From Eutreptiella sp. 'Long Island Sound 2002' (lineage: Eukaryota; Protista; Euglenida), in the NCBI GenBank assembly GCA_964036045.1, contig OZ038378.1:173228001-173292000 (forward strand): a DNA stretch of 64,000 bases, in the 5' to 3' direction. Below, one piece after another: positions 48,651-61,335 of this stretch. Every line of letters starts with the position of its first letter. Positions within the stretch are counted from its first letter, which is position 1. The notes beneath the pieces were generated by a model that did not search any database, was not told the DNA's origin, and saw only the letters and a list, made by a program, of their open reading frames with translations. The translations under genes and the position numbers were made by a program.

Positions 48651-51600
48651 CTCGCCCCCAAATTGTTGGACTGGTTTCTTTCTGTGGTGTGTGTGGCTTG
48701 GGGTCCGTTCAGGTTCCACTCTGGGGCTAGTTCAGAGGGTTAGTCTGCGGGAAAGCTCAGGGGGGTAGTTGGGGCTAACTCAAGAGGGTTAGTTTGCTGT
48801 GGTTTGCTGGTTCTGCTTGCTGACTGTTGTGTGCGTGTGCTGGCCTCCATGTGGGGCGGTCGTGCTGTAGGTGTGGTGTGTGTACTGTGATGTGCTCTGG
48901 GCTTTGTAGGCAGTCCTGGTCGGGGAAACCGATGGGGTGTGTTTGTCCAAGTAAAATGCCATCGGTTGCATTTCACTCCGGAAAGCAGGGCAAACAAACC
49001 GCGATGCAATGAACAGTGCATCGGCAGACATTCATGGGTTCATCAAAAATGAAGCGAATCGAAAAGTGAGCTTCCTGTGCGCCCTGAGCCGAGAAACATT
49101 TCTTTGGCGGGGGCAATGGCTCTGGAATCGGCGAATTAGGGGATGGGCCCCACCGGGTGAAGAGTGTGGCATGGTCCAGGTGTTAGGAGAGAGCACTGCA
49201 AGAGAGTGAAATGAGAGGTTTATAGGGATCAGCCTTGAAGTTGCTTTATCCGCTTGACGTGTGTGGCAGGGCGCGTAGGATTCGGTTCTGTGAGTGCACA
49301 TAGGAGCACGTTGGTGGGCTGGTCACGGAGCAAAGTGCGGCATGGCATGCCCATGGACGAATCGGTGGTCGGTGGAGGATTGGATGGCCTGTCTATTTGC
49401 ATTTGCCAAGCAGTTAAAGATTGGCTGTCAGGAGCGCATATTAGTCAATATAGGTGATGTCGGGGCTTCATGTAATAATTGTTATTGATATTTCATGTAT
49501 TAATGGCTTTTAATAGCAAGTAATGCTACAAAAGCGCTTTTTTGCGTTCAGATTGTTTTATGATTTTTTGGGCACCGATTTTCCGTTTCCCGATGCTTAC
49601 TGTATTTTTGAGCATGAAATGAAAAATACAAAAAAAAACCAATCAAATTTTTTTTTGGTTTTTTGAAATCCAACACAGCATGCCGAAGTTATGAATTCAT
49701 CAGGTTGTGTCTTTTTGAGGCCCTGGAGGTAATTTTGCTCAATCTGCCCACCCGTCATTTGTCAAAGTGGACAGTATAAAAATTATTGGAGCGAAATTTT
49801 GTGTTCTTCGTGGTTAAGACATACTATTTTTTCGCTAATTTGCGGCTTCTAAATAATGCGCACAAAGTAGCAACGCAATTGTTCCAACGTACTAAGGTTT
49901 GCATGAAAAGAAAAGTCGGACAAAGCGAGACGGACTCATGAGACCTTTCTTTCTTACAACCTTTGGACATGGGATGGTGTATGGTGTTTTGATTTCTTTT
50001 CACTATGTATGTTCATCGCATAAATATATGATCACACGCGAGATGTCACTTAATTTGGCTCCGTCCTCAAGTCAATTAGCTTCACCAATGTCAATATCAT
50101 TCCTTCTTCTTGTGCAGCCCGTCTCTGCTTATTTGATCCCAAGTTGATGTATGCATTTAGAAGTTTGTTTGCCCTCCATTTTCCATTAATTCCATGGTTG
50201 ATTAGTGCTTCTTGATCACCGGAACCTCAACATCCGTAATAAGTTCCCTATGCCTAAAGAAACAACAGAAGCACTGCGTACATTGTTCATGCTCCTTTTT
50301 GAAGACACATTCCTTTGAGTGGATGCATTTTGATCCCTCCGAGGCGTGGTTATCTTGGACAACATTAGTTTCTGAATAATTTGCCTACCTTAACAGCTGA
50401 TTCGAGTCTGTTTTTTGCAATCATACCTCATTTCTTTTTCACCCGAAAGAAATTCTCCTTTTTCTTTAAACAGAATTCTGCTTTCCTTTGTTTATTGATT
50501 GTGCTTTTTTTTTTGCAAACTGATTTCAGTTCCTCTACCACAAGCAGATTTTGGTTGTCCTTTGCTTAATGATTCCTTTTTCGCTTGCAAACATATTTCA
50601 GTTCTCTTGTGCTAAACTGAGGCCAACTAATTTTCAAACATATTTCAGTTTTCATTTCAAACAAATTTCCGTTGCCCTTGGATGCTAGAAACTACTTTGT
50701 CTTTTGCAAACCCATTCCAGTTTCTCGTCCAAAAACATTTTTTTCTCTTTTCTTTATCGAGTCCGGGTTTTTTTGCAAATGTATTCCGAACTGTTTTTTT
50801 TTTCAAACAAACCTCATTTTTTTTCAAGCAAAAAATCTCCTTGTCAATTTGACTGATTCACTTTTTTTCAACAAGATTTCAATTTTTCTTCCCCAAACAT
50901 ATTTCAGTTGTCATTTTTAGCCGATCTACTACTTTCATTATGTTCATGGTGTTGCTTAATCTTCCGTTGTGCTGCCTTAGCTTGATCTCCGTCATGTTGT
51001 ACGCTAATGCTTTTTTGATTCGAACACTCCGTTTTAGGTCTTTGTAGCCTTGTTGGAACTCTTTGATATCTTGCTTCCTACAATAATTTGTGGGCTGATT
51101 AATGCATGTCGGTATTGTGCGTCTTCATGATGAACGCCATCATCTTTCTTTGCCGAATGCATTCGATTTTATGTAGAGTGATTCACTATAATTGGTTGTC
51201 CTTCTTTACCAAATGCTTGATGGTATTGGGCTATCATACCCCAGCCATCATGCAGACGTCCGCTTTTCTTCACATGTTTGTCATCATGTTGTAGGTTGCT
51301 GCTTTCTTAATCATTGCATGTCGGGTTCACGCACGGACCCTACTAATCTGCTACAAGTATCCGACCCACATCATTTGCCTTCTATTCAGCATCATCCTCG
51401 TTTTTCCGTCTCACCCGATTGCTTGACCGCATTGGCCTAATTGTGATGTTCATTAAGTATAGTTATGCTACAATTTGCATTTTTACCATATTTTGTTCCA
51501 CTGTTTCCGACTTGATTGATGCATTATTTGGCCTTCCACAATGGGTCGAGGGCCAAAACACACAAGAGCCGTGGTCGCCGTAGAAAGGAACAAAGCAAAA

Positions 51601-54600
51601 GTACAATACGCAGCAAAGCTTGGAGGTCATGCGAAATGGAGCAGAGAGTGACGGTGAGGATAGTTCAAAATATGGTGCCAGAAAAAAGATGCAGAACATT
51701 AGCATGGTCTTGCAGAAAAGTTATATATGCAGGCACGTAGTTGAGTGCCATGTGCGACTATTTTCCACGGTTGACGACACCATGTGAGCATACACATCGA
51801 ACTTCAAACGGTGTTGAGCTTTGGTCCAGTCAGGTTGTATTTCACCCATATAGACATGGCCTTTTTGTTGGCATTGCTCTCGGTGCACAGGGTTGTTTGG
51901 TTTGATGCGCCGAACTATAGCTCTCCACAATGATCCACGTGATGAGGCAGCCATTTCAACCCATATATGTTGGGATCCCTCCATCCTCTCCAGTGGGCTT
52001 GTTGCTACGCATTCTTCATGGTTTATCGAAGTATGTTGCACTCTGCACATGTAGAAAACATTCGGTCGCTCTCAGCCTCAAGACAATGCTTAGTTTTCTT
52101 TTTACTTACTTTGTTTTTCATGGAAACACGCTTTCATACAAACTCCAATTTCAAGACACACGTATCATTGGTCTCATAAAACCAGCCTGGAATGGTGACT
52201 TTCCGTCATGTGCACGGTTCTTTTTGGGACACTTTCGTTTATGAATTTGAAACTTCACAGCTTGGGACAAAATCGGAAATGGCTATGGCGCCCATGCCCT
52301 TCAGGGCTGCACATAGCGGTCTCCCATAGCAGACCCCCTTCCCCCCCTCGTAAGTGACGAATGACGAGTGACGCATAGAACCAGTGACAGAAAAAAAAAC
52401 CGTCACAGACAGGTAACGTCCAAGCATGTCGTTTTAATGACAGCCACTGTCATCTGCTACTACTGGAGATAGTCACAAGCGATTCAGCTGAGCTGCAGTC
52501 TGATGCAAAATTGCTACTATCGTCATCCAACTCAGCTAAAACATCCGAGCTCCCGTCAAACAGCACCTTTGCCTCCTTATCCCTCCCTACCTGTGCCTGG
52601 TTTGCTTTGTGGGGTCTTCGGAGCTTTACGTTTCATATACCGTCGCGGTGTGGCAGCCTAGGCACTGGCCACCTCCACTTACAAATAATCAACATCATTC
52701 AGCTCGTCGGCACCAATGAGGTGCATTCAAATGCTTTTCCATGACATGCGGTTACGCAGAGCGGTGACAATACGTTGTGCTCATTAAAACCGGTGCTTTG
52801 TAGGCCTCTTGTCTTACTTTTTCCACGAGCGCAAATTGACCCCTGAACCAAAGCACGCGCTGAGTTATTTGCGGTGCATCCACTGTGGCACGTTGCGTTG
52901 TCGACCATGCCGAAAACGCGTTGAGCAAAGTGCGTTGCTTCGTCGCCTTTGCAGCACTGGAAGCAACAACAGCAACGCCATTGGAATCTGCAGGGCAAGT
53001 ACTTCACTACCACTGGCCTGGGTGTCAGGAACAGCAGGTGCATTGGGACCAGCACCGGAGGAACTTGCAACACCACTGTCCTACGTGCTATGAATAGCCT
53101 GCGAAGGGGCACGGTGTGCATGGGCAAGTAGCCCAGCACACGTCAAAGCTAGTCTAGCCAATACAGCAGCAGCAGAAAGCTGTAGTGCATACTTTCTCTT
53201 TGCCCCTTGAACGGTGGGATGTGCAACTGCTCAGAATGGGGCATGCAAAATTTTGCCCAAGCTGTGTAATGTAGCACACTACACCAGATGCCTTTCACAA
53301 ACATTGAGAAAAAAAAATTTCGGAGCGACAGGTAAGCCAAACCCTGTGTAACCAAAGGCCATGGTCAATGATCTTTGTCACTCTCCATTTGTCGCCTAGT
53401 GGTAGACAGCCAACCCACAGCCTCTCCCCCACCCCACCAAAAACTGTAATATGTTGCCTTTGCACAGTAGGCTCATGATGACCCATGGAAAGAAAAAGAG
53501 GTTCTAACCCCAAAGCACCCCCGTCTCCCGGTGGCACACCTTTGCCGACCAAAAGGATTGAGCTAACGTCTAATGGTTCAATGTGCCACCAAATAGGGTG
53601 TTGATTGTCTCAGTGGATGATGGCTTTCAGGTGGGATAACAATTTAGGTGACCAAGACAATGCCCATTTTGGTGCATTATTGAGCTCTTGCAAAAAAGGT
53701 GGGAGCATGGGGTAAACATACAGGGGGTGACAGCACGTTCTTGTGCCCTTTGCCACATCAAACAAAAGATGGTTATAGATGGCCCCATATGTTGAGGCCA
53801 ATTTGCAGGGAGGTGGGGGAGTCAAGGGCCCAGGTCGGCAAGCCCCTTGCGAAATAAAATCACGGTAGACTCAGCGCATACCTTGGGTTTTCATGCATAT
53901 ACAGGTTTGTGTGATTTTCATGGACAGCAACAGTGTACATACCGCGAAGCTCAGGAATACATCCGCATAAACTGTCACTATCACCGCAACCAAATGTCAG
54001 TGTTTGTGTCACTCACTGGCACAATGGGAAAAGCCATTCCCCCCAACAGAAATGAAACCGATTTTTTTGACGTCTCTGAGCGATGATGCGAACGCAATGT
54101 CACATCGAGAATGTGTTGCAGTAATGCTCAAGAAAATGTTGGTTGTGGACACTGAAGCCACTCAATGTTCGCCGTGACATACACACACCATGTGTTGCCA
54201 GCATGGCCACAAAAAAAGTGCTCCTTGCTGCCTGCCGGGTGAAATGCTGCCAGGTGATGGGTGCACATGAAACCTCTAATTAACTGACCAAATCAAAAGC
54301 ATCCACCTTGAGGGGTTGCGCTCAGAAACACGCAACGAAAAAAACGGAAAAGAAAAATGAACAATGCAGATTGGTGAGGAAAAAAAGTGGATCTTTTATC
54401 AAACCAATGAATGATGCCATTCGATTTGGATAACTAATGAAGTGAAACCCCTGCTGAAGAACAACACTGCGCACACAGTATTTTGGGAAATGCCCTAGTT
54501 GCAAAAGTTGGGGTCCCCTTTGATGCAAGTCAGTATGAGCGCACATAGGCCAAACAGGACACCTGAGCACCTTCAGCGTGAGTCTCTAGTGGGAATGCCG

Positions 54601-54843
54601 CTTTCATCTAATCATCCGTTTGACCAAGCAGATTGGGTGGATTTCACAGTGGAAATTTTTTTGGTGACATCAAAATTCAAAGACCATGCTTTGGTCGAGC
54701 CGAAGTGGAGCCGGAGTATGGCACACCAAAAACTGCACGTACATGCACAAGAAAATGCGGCCTCACGTTGACACATTCTGGCAATTGTCCCGTAGAAGAT
54801 GCATCAAAGCAGAGTGTCTTTGCCAGCTGCACAATCAATTAAT

Positions 54844-55440
54844 CTAATCCTCTTCCTCCTCATCGTCATCACCATCACCATCACCATCCTTCTTCTTGCT
54901 CTCGGCAGCCAACTTCTTTCTCTTGACACGTCCTGGAGGACCGCCGTTAAGCGGAGAGAGCGGGGAGAAGTCAATGTGCTTCTCACTGTCCACACGGACC
55001 ATGAAACTTGGCACGGTGGCAACCCGCTTGCCGACACGGATGTGGCGCTGGTTGATCAGAACTCGGGCGTGGTGGATGGACTTCGCCAACCCAAGCTTGA
55101 AAACGATGGTTTGCAGACGGCGCTCCAAGAAGTCACTCAACGAGAGGGACAGCACGTAATCGAGCTTCATCTTGCTCTCATCCAACAATCCATATCGCTG
55201 GCACCGGCGCAGCAGGGCCGCACCCTCAATCTGTCGTTTCTGACTGCTCTCTTCCAGTGTCAGCAGCGTACGTGCAGCACCTCGCATCTTCGTCAGCATG
55301 GCACCGATGCGCCAGACTTCTCTCTTGCAGCGGAGACCATATTCACCACAGAGCTTCAACTCCTTGTCCAGACGCTCCTTTTCGAATGGACGACGTGGCG
55401 TATGAAAGACTTTGGAAAAGTTTCTGTACTTTCTGACCAT
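54844..55440 (-). CDS. RPS9: 40S ribosomal protein uS4 (S9), intronless, 198 aa
   Basis: [31 protein letters not shown]...[33 protein letters not shown]...[15 protein letters not shown] is unmistakable eukaryotic uS4, with an acidic tail. Confidence 0.98.
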   Translation of the reverse strand: MVRKYRNFSKVFHTPRRPFEKERLDKELKLCGEYGLRCKREVWRIGAMLTKMRGAARTLLTLEESSQKRQIEGAALLRRCQRYGLLDESKMKLDYVLSLSLSDFLERRLQTIVFKLGLAKSIHHARVLINQRHIRVGKRVATVPSFMVRVDSEKHIDFSPLSPLNGGPPGRVKRKKLAAESKKKDGDGDGDDDEEEED

Positions 55441-55921
55441 AATGTGTCAGAGGCCTGCACAATTGTGGGAGGGACATCACACGCACCGTTTCTACGAAAA
55501 GTTGTGTCCACAGTGGATTGTTTCCTCGTCGAATCTTACCCTCAGCGACACAATAAGATATTGCAGGATCCAACGATTTTCGGCTGCTTGGTTTGTGCGA
55601 ATCTCGAACTTCCATTTTTGTGCCGTCACAGCAAGTTTGGTGCACAGAGCTCAACGAATCGTCCAAACGGAAGCAAATTCGGTAATTTCTTTTGCGAAAA
55701 TCGTTTTTGGGGACGAGGTATAAGACCATTTGTGCAGTTTGGAATTTGTGTAATTTGTGTAATTTACAATCTGTGCAATTTGGCGCGCGACCACCCTTGG
55801 ACTCGCGAGCTCATACAAGCAAATGTTTTAGGTTTATCAATTGGTTTCTGATGTTCCTGCTCATCCATCAAATAATTTGACATTTGATACTTCATCGCAT
55901 ACTGCAGATACCTAGTCGCAA
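55441..55921. promoter_or_regulatory. 481-bp divergent (head-to-head) spacer between RPS9 and PPCDC
   Basis: Both ATGs face outward and each has an AG 14 nt upstream (55456-55455 on minus, 55906-55907 on plus). The centre has tandem GTAATTT motifs and a CTCGCGAG palindrome at 55802-55809. Confidence 0.55.
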
Positions 55922-57053
55922 ATGAAAAAATTGTTGATTGCTTCCACGGGAAGCGTGGCGACTATCAAACTATTGCCGCTTGTAGAGGCATTTCAATCCG
56001 ACTTCGAAGTATGCTACTTCCGCCATAAAACGTAGCTGTGTGTCCGTCCCTTGGGTTTGAGGGCCAGAAGTGTGCATCCAGTGTCGCATTAGGCGTTTCA
56101 TGCACCACCAGCGCCTTTCGTGGGTGCATCATTTTGCCGTGATTGCATACCATATCCATATTCAGACGAAATTTTCAACTGAAGTTTGCGAAGATAATTT
56201 TCATGTCTGCAGTGAAATGAGATGTGGTTGATGTGTGGTGTAGCGTGGCTCTGGTTCCAGGTGGAGGTCGGAAAACTCTGAAGCACTGTGAAGCACTTCC
56301 AAGCGCTTTGAAGCACGTCAAAGCGCTTTGAATCACATCCTTCTTTTCTTTCCAATCTCGATGTCAAGTGGATGGTCTGAAGCCTGTCCAATCAGCATGG
56401 AAACAACTCGCCATCGAAGTCGCGCCTCTTCTTCTTCTCCTTCTGATTTCACAAACAGTCGGCCCTGCCCGGCCGCCAAGCGGGAACTACGCAGCACGAA
56501 TACTTTCGTCACGTTGGTTTTTTGCGCAGATCCAGTAGTTACCAACGCGGCGAAGACCTTTGCGGATCTCGACCACCTCAAGAATCACCTCGGCATTGGA
56601 GTGTGGACGGATGAAGACGAGTGGGGTCATTGGAAAGAGAATGGGGATCCCATACCGCACATAGATCTAATGAAATGGGCTGACATTCTCTTAATTGCTC
56701 CTTTGTCTGCGAACACCCTGGCCAAAATAGCTGGAGGCTTCGCTGACAACTTGGTGACTTGCATTCTACGTGCATGGCCTGTTGCCAACATCGCCGCTAA
56801 ACCTGTTTTTGTTGCACCGGCTATGAACACGCACATGTGGGACCACCCCTTGACCACCAAGCACTTGAACGTCCTTCGCGATGAGTTGCACTTCCACATA
56901 ATACCTCCGATTCCAAAAGTGTTGGCTTGTGGTGACTTCGGGAACGGGGCTATGGAGGAGCTCGTGAATATTGCCAAAATAATCAAGCAGGGTTGTGCTC
57001 GCTTGCCCCAAACAATACAGCCCCCCAAAACGAGAGTTGAGATTCTGGGCTGA
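55922..57053 (+). CDS. PPCDC: Phosphopantothenoylcysteine decarboxylase (HAL3/CoaC flavoprotein), two exons (55922-~56012 and 56530-57053)
   Basis: Exon 1 MKKLLIASTGSVATIKLLPLV supplies the GSVA motif missing from the listed ORF. Exon 2 has IPHIDLMKWADILLIAPLSANTLAKIAGG, PAMNTHMW and the catalytic KVLACGDFGNGAM. Confidence 0.92.
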
Positions 57054-57914
57054 GGAAGAGACAAGAGATGGTGACGCTTTGGCTTCACATCTAGCAGCCA
57101 ACTAATACTGCTTGCAACCGCCTCAATTTGCAAATTGCCTGCGGTCACCATTGAATCCAACCGTGGGCACTGAACAAATCCATGTTGTGTTGACAGAAAG
57201 GAAAGGGTCGTGTTGATGGTACACATGCGTCGCCACTTTCAAGCAGGCTGGCGCAACATTTCGCGGTTAGTAAATATGATTTTTCGGTACCTGAGATACT
57301 GAGACACGATCCTTCGCTTTCATATTTTGTTGTTGTTTTGTTGAACTTGAGGGACTCTAGTTAAGTGGGGTGCACGCCAACACGGCAACACCATTTGCCC
57401 AACTGTTGATCCCCGGAAATGCACACTTCCGTCTCCGATTATTACCTCCTACGTCACACAGCAGCTCGGCTGTTTTCCGTATTTGTCTCTCCGTCAAAAG
57501 TTCCCGTGCTTGCGTGCATCACCACACTTTGACGCGGAATATTTTGTGTACCTGTGCACGAAGACACTTATTGTTATGACCAGACACTCGAGTGGTTGAT
57601 TGTTGTCATTTAGTCCATTAGTTTGTCGGGCTATGGAATGTGGCACTCGTGCACATCGTTGTGCAACCTTTGCCCTTATATATTTGGCGCGAATGCACGT
57701 AGCTGGCCATTCAGAAATGCAACCATTTAGCAGAGTTACGTCCACACCGCATTGCCTTCGCATACCAAACCTATGGCACAGGTAGCCAAGCATCAATATT
57801 TTTGTGTTGTGCCGTGCGTTCTGGCCGGTTGGTTAGGGAAGGCCGTCCAATTTGGGAGTCAGATGCCACAAAATTTTGGTGGCAAATGCCACTGTCCTTA
57901 AGGCTTGTGTTAGT

Positions 57915-58800
57915 CACAAAATTGCCCATTTCAAGGCTTTTTTTGAGCTTGTATGCGCTCACATGGGTCCAAAATGGCTCTACTCGCTCAAGAGACATGC
58001 CACCTAGCACTCCACCCGCACTCCTCACCTATCAACCCTCCACCCACATTCCCCACGGACCCTACTATGCTGCATGGTCAAATCCAAAATTGCCCATTTC
58101 AAGGCTTTTTTGGAGCTTGCATGGACTCATTTGGGTCCAATGTGGCTCAAAAATGGCCTTAAACCACTTGTTTGAGCACCCCAATAGGTTCAAGAACAAC
58201 ATTGGAAAAATTCATTTTTGACCACTTTGACCCACATGTGACCCCTGTAACCCTATCCTAGCACGTGTGCCGTGCATGGTGGTGCCAATAGGGAATTGAA
58301 TAGAAAGGTGTTGACAGCATGGGATTACGTTGCACGTGTTCCCCTTCATCATCACTTATCACCACAAGGGTGCGCAATGCAATCTATGGCTATTAGACAC
58401 AGCATAAGAAGGTGGAACTTGAAAAGGGGTGCTTTTCAAAGCCAAAATTGCAGCATTTTGGGCACAAAAAAAGGGGGTGTTGAGGCCACTAGTTGGGTCA
58501 AACGTGTTCGTTCATCATCTAGGGTGGATCCAATGCAAACAACCCTCTCCATGGGCATGCTAGGCACCCAAAGTGCCCGAATTCCCGCATTCCGCCCCCC
58601 CCCCCCCCCTTACTACAATGTGAGTTCCTAAATTGCCCATTTCAAGGGTTTTTGGGACCCATATGGGTCAAACGTGGCTCAAAATGGCCTAACATCACTT
58701 GGGGTGTAGGAACAATTGTGGAAAAAATCATTTTTGATCACTTTTGGACCCCCATGTGATCCCCGTAGCCTTACTTACCCCAGCACTTGCGCCGTGTGCG
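57915..58800 (+). repeat. Cluster of three diverged direct repeats (~57915-57980, 58090-58280, 58632-58800)
   Basis: Each starts aattgcccatttcaagg.tttt...gggtc.aa..tggctc. The second and third also share gacc..catgtga.ccc.gta.cc...agcac.tg.gccgtg. Confidence 0.8.
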
Positions 58801-59737
58801 CTCCAATCCGCCGTGCTAAATTGGGGCATTGGGGGTGGTTGAAAGTGAGAAAACGGATCACAAATGATCCCCTTTGTCAAGTGGTAGGCCTCCCCGTCCA
58901 ACTTGAGCCCGCGGGCTACAAAGGAATATCATAGGCTCTCGTCGGGTCTAGTACCCCCTTTGACAACAGTACCGGGCAATTGCCCCACTAGATGTGACAT
59001 GCTGGATTCAACTTCACGTGAAAAACAATCAAGCGACACATGAGTTGTCGGCACAATCACATTCTTGAGGCGTTGGCTCACGGAATGAAGTAGCATGCAC
59101 AACTTATGCACAATACACGCAGCCCCCCGGCCCCCAAAAAAACAGTCACTCCTGACCTTGAACCTCCTGATACGTTCCAAAAGCCCCCCCCCCCCCCCCA
59201 CAAAAAAATGTGGCTTTGGTGGAAATGAGCTAGGAAGTTTGGAACATTGGGATGGGAGAAAAATCGAATGTCTGGGGGAGGGGCCCAAGGAGCCCCTTTT
59301 GCAACCTCTTGGTTGGGGGCTCTTTGGGCCAGTATCTGGATCGCCCTTGCTGCATCGGTTGGGCTCATATTACACTTGGTGGGTATTGCTGCACTTTGGG
59401 GTGTTTTCCTGCACATTTGTGGCGCGCGCGCAGGGGGGGGGGGATTCCAACGGATTTCCTTGTAGCGGGCAAGATATTCCTGCACTCTGGGGGCATCCTT
59501 ACATTCAGGTATTCGTGCACTCTGGGGTATGATTCTGCACTCAAGGGGGACTCCTCCCAGGATTAACAATAGTGATCCACAACCCTCTGTGCACTTTGTT
59601 TGCGAGTAAACTCTTCCATCCCCTGTGTAATGCACTGTGGACAAAAAGGACTTTTACACAGGGCCGGCCCAAAGAGCCCCTTTTTGGGACTACCCGCCGA
59701 AAAATTTTGGGAGGCTTTTTGGGCCCCCCTCCCCGAC

Positions 59738-59799
59738 AATTTTTTCCGGTGTCCTTGACAGTGTAGCAAATTTTTTCCGGTGTCCTTAACAGTGTAGCA
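59738..59799 (+). repeat. 31-bp tandem duplication
   Basis: aattttttccggtgtccttRacagtgtagca occurs twice with one mismatch. Confidence 0.9.
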
Positions 59800-61335
59800 A
59801 AGGGGAGCCCAAGGGGAATGCGGGAGGAGGGTTGATCGAGGAGGGGTGTGGGAGGAGTGCTGCTGGGCATGTCTCCCGAGCGAGTGAGGAAGGATTTTGA
59901 GGGTGGTAGGATGGTCGAAGTGGTGGGAATCGTTTTTGGTGTCCCTCAACATGCATCCTTATGCAGCCCCGTAGCTGATATTCCCTCCCCCACCAGCTCG
60001 GTCCCAATATCCGGTCTTGACTAGGGTTACCCTTTTGTCTCTTCATAGAGCTTGAAATCATTGAAACTCACATTTATGAAATCTTTGTATGCCCTTTTCA
60101 TCAACCAGGAAAATGTGTTAAGATCATTCAAAGCATTCTTGGAAAACACCATTTCCATCACTGCTCGCAGAAAGGGTGGTCGTGCTCACTTCTTCTTGGG
60201 ATGGGCTGCAAGTATCTTGCTTCTTTCAATGAATTCTGCACAACCCAGAGAGATTGGAGGTCGCCGCTTTATAGTAAATAAGGTTGTCCAGGGAAAAACA
60301 TCCTGCCAAAAGCCGGACATCAGGACAAGCATTGTGCCTCATTGTTGCATGGTAAAACTCAATGCAAAGCAATTGCCCGCAGGAACCAACATGCTTCCTG
60401 GAACCGTACTCGCAGCCCACGTCTGAGTGAGTCTCCTTCTGGACTCCACTGCTTTCAACCCATGCAGGGCTCACGTAGAGTGGGGGTCCTTGATTCTTTT
60501 TTCCAACCCCTGACTTGCAGTTGGACCAGGACATTTTTGAACTGCAAAAAACTTGGGCCTTCCAGTAGCCAGCTCATTATTTAGGCACACGATTGGAGGC
60601 ATTTGAAGGGCAACCAACTGCGGTTGAAGAGTAACCAATGGCGGCAGAATCGGAACCGATGACAGTTGGAGAGTACCTGATGGCAGCCAGAGGGTAAACG
60701 ACGTTGTCCATTTGGTATTTCCATTTAATGCTGTTTTAAACTGTCCAATGCACAGTCCAAATAGATGCTGATGTACGGGACCGAAGCGATGATGGCAGCC
60801 TCATTCGCATTCAGAATCCCGGCAGAGTGCCCCAGGGATGCTGACAAGGAATGATTGCATTTTGGACCCCAGGCTAGCAAAAATGTCAAACAGGGAATGA
60901 ATATGGAGCCAGGAGCAGGCTACACCATGGGATCAGAAAAGAGCTGGAATGGTGGCTTTCAGTCATCGTTCTCTGGATCCTCTGGTTTCCGTGGTTCCCA
61001 TACATTTGGATTAGGTGCTGATCCAACTGTCATTTGGCACACAGCACAGTTTTTGTGAAGATACTGCATTTGACGTGTGACAGACATCGTTCACGTCGCA
61101 CATCGACTCATCCGTGTGCTGTGTGGCCCAGTTGGTCGCTGGCCCAGGGAACGTGATGCAATTTGGACCATTCAAGGCAGTACAACAGGTCCAGATGCCA
61201 CACCGTCAATGTTGATGCGAGTGCCATCTCAGAACACAGTGGACGGGTGACTCTAGTTTGGCGCGACCACGAAGCATTGACCCTCAGTCCCATTCTGTTT
61301 CTTGCAGAGGCCATGGGTGGCTACCGGAACACTAC

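Noticed and set aside
54799-55851. 350-aa plus-strand ORF
   Set aside because: Antisense shadow of RPS9, whose minus-strand product is clearly the real protein.
56328-56529. Listed N-terminus of the 241-aa ORF as the PPCDC start
   Set aside because: It lacks the GSVA motif, which is found in the upstream exon at 55922, so this stretch is most likely intron.
60052-60850. Coding-like minus-strand stretch with stops and frame changes
   Set aside because: Could be a decayed element, but no recognisable domain was found.
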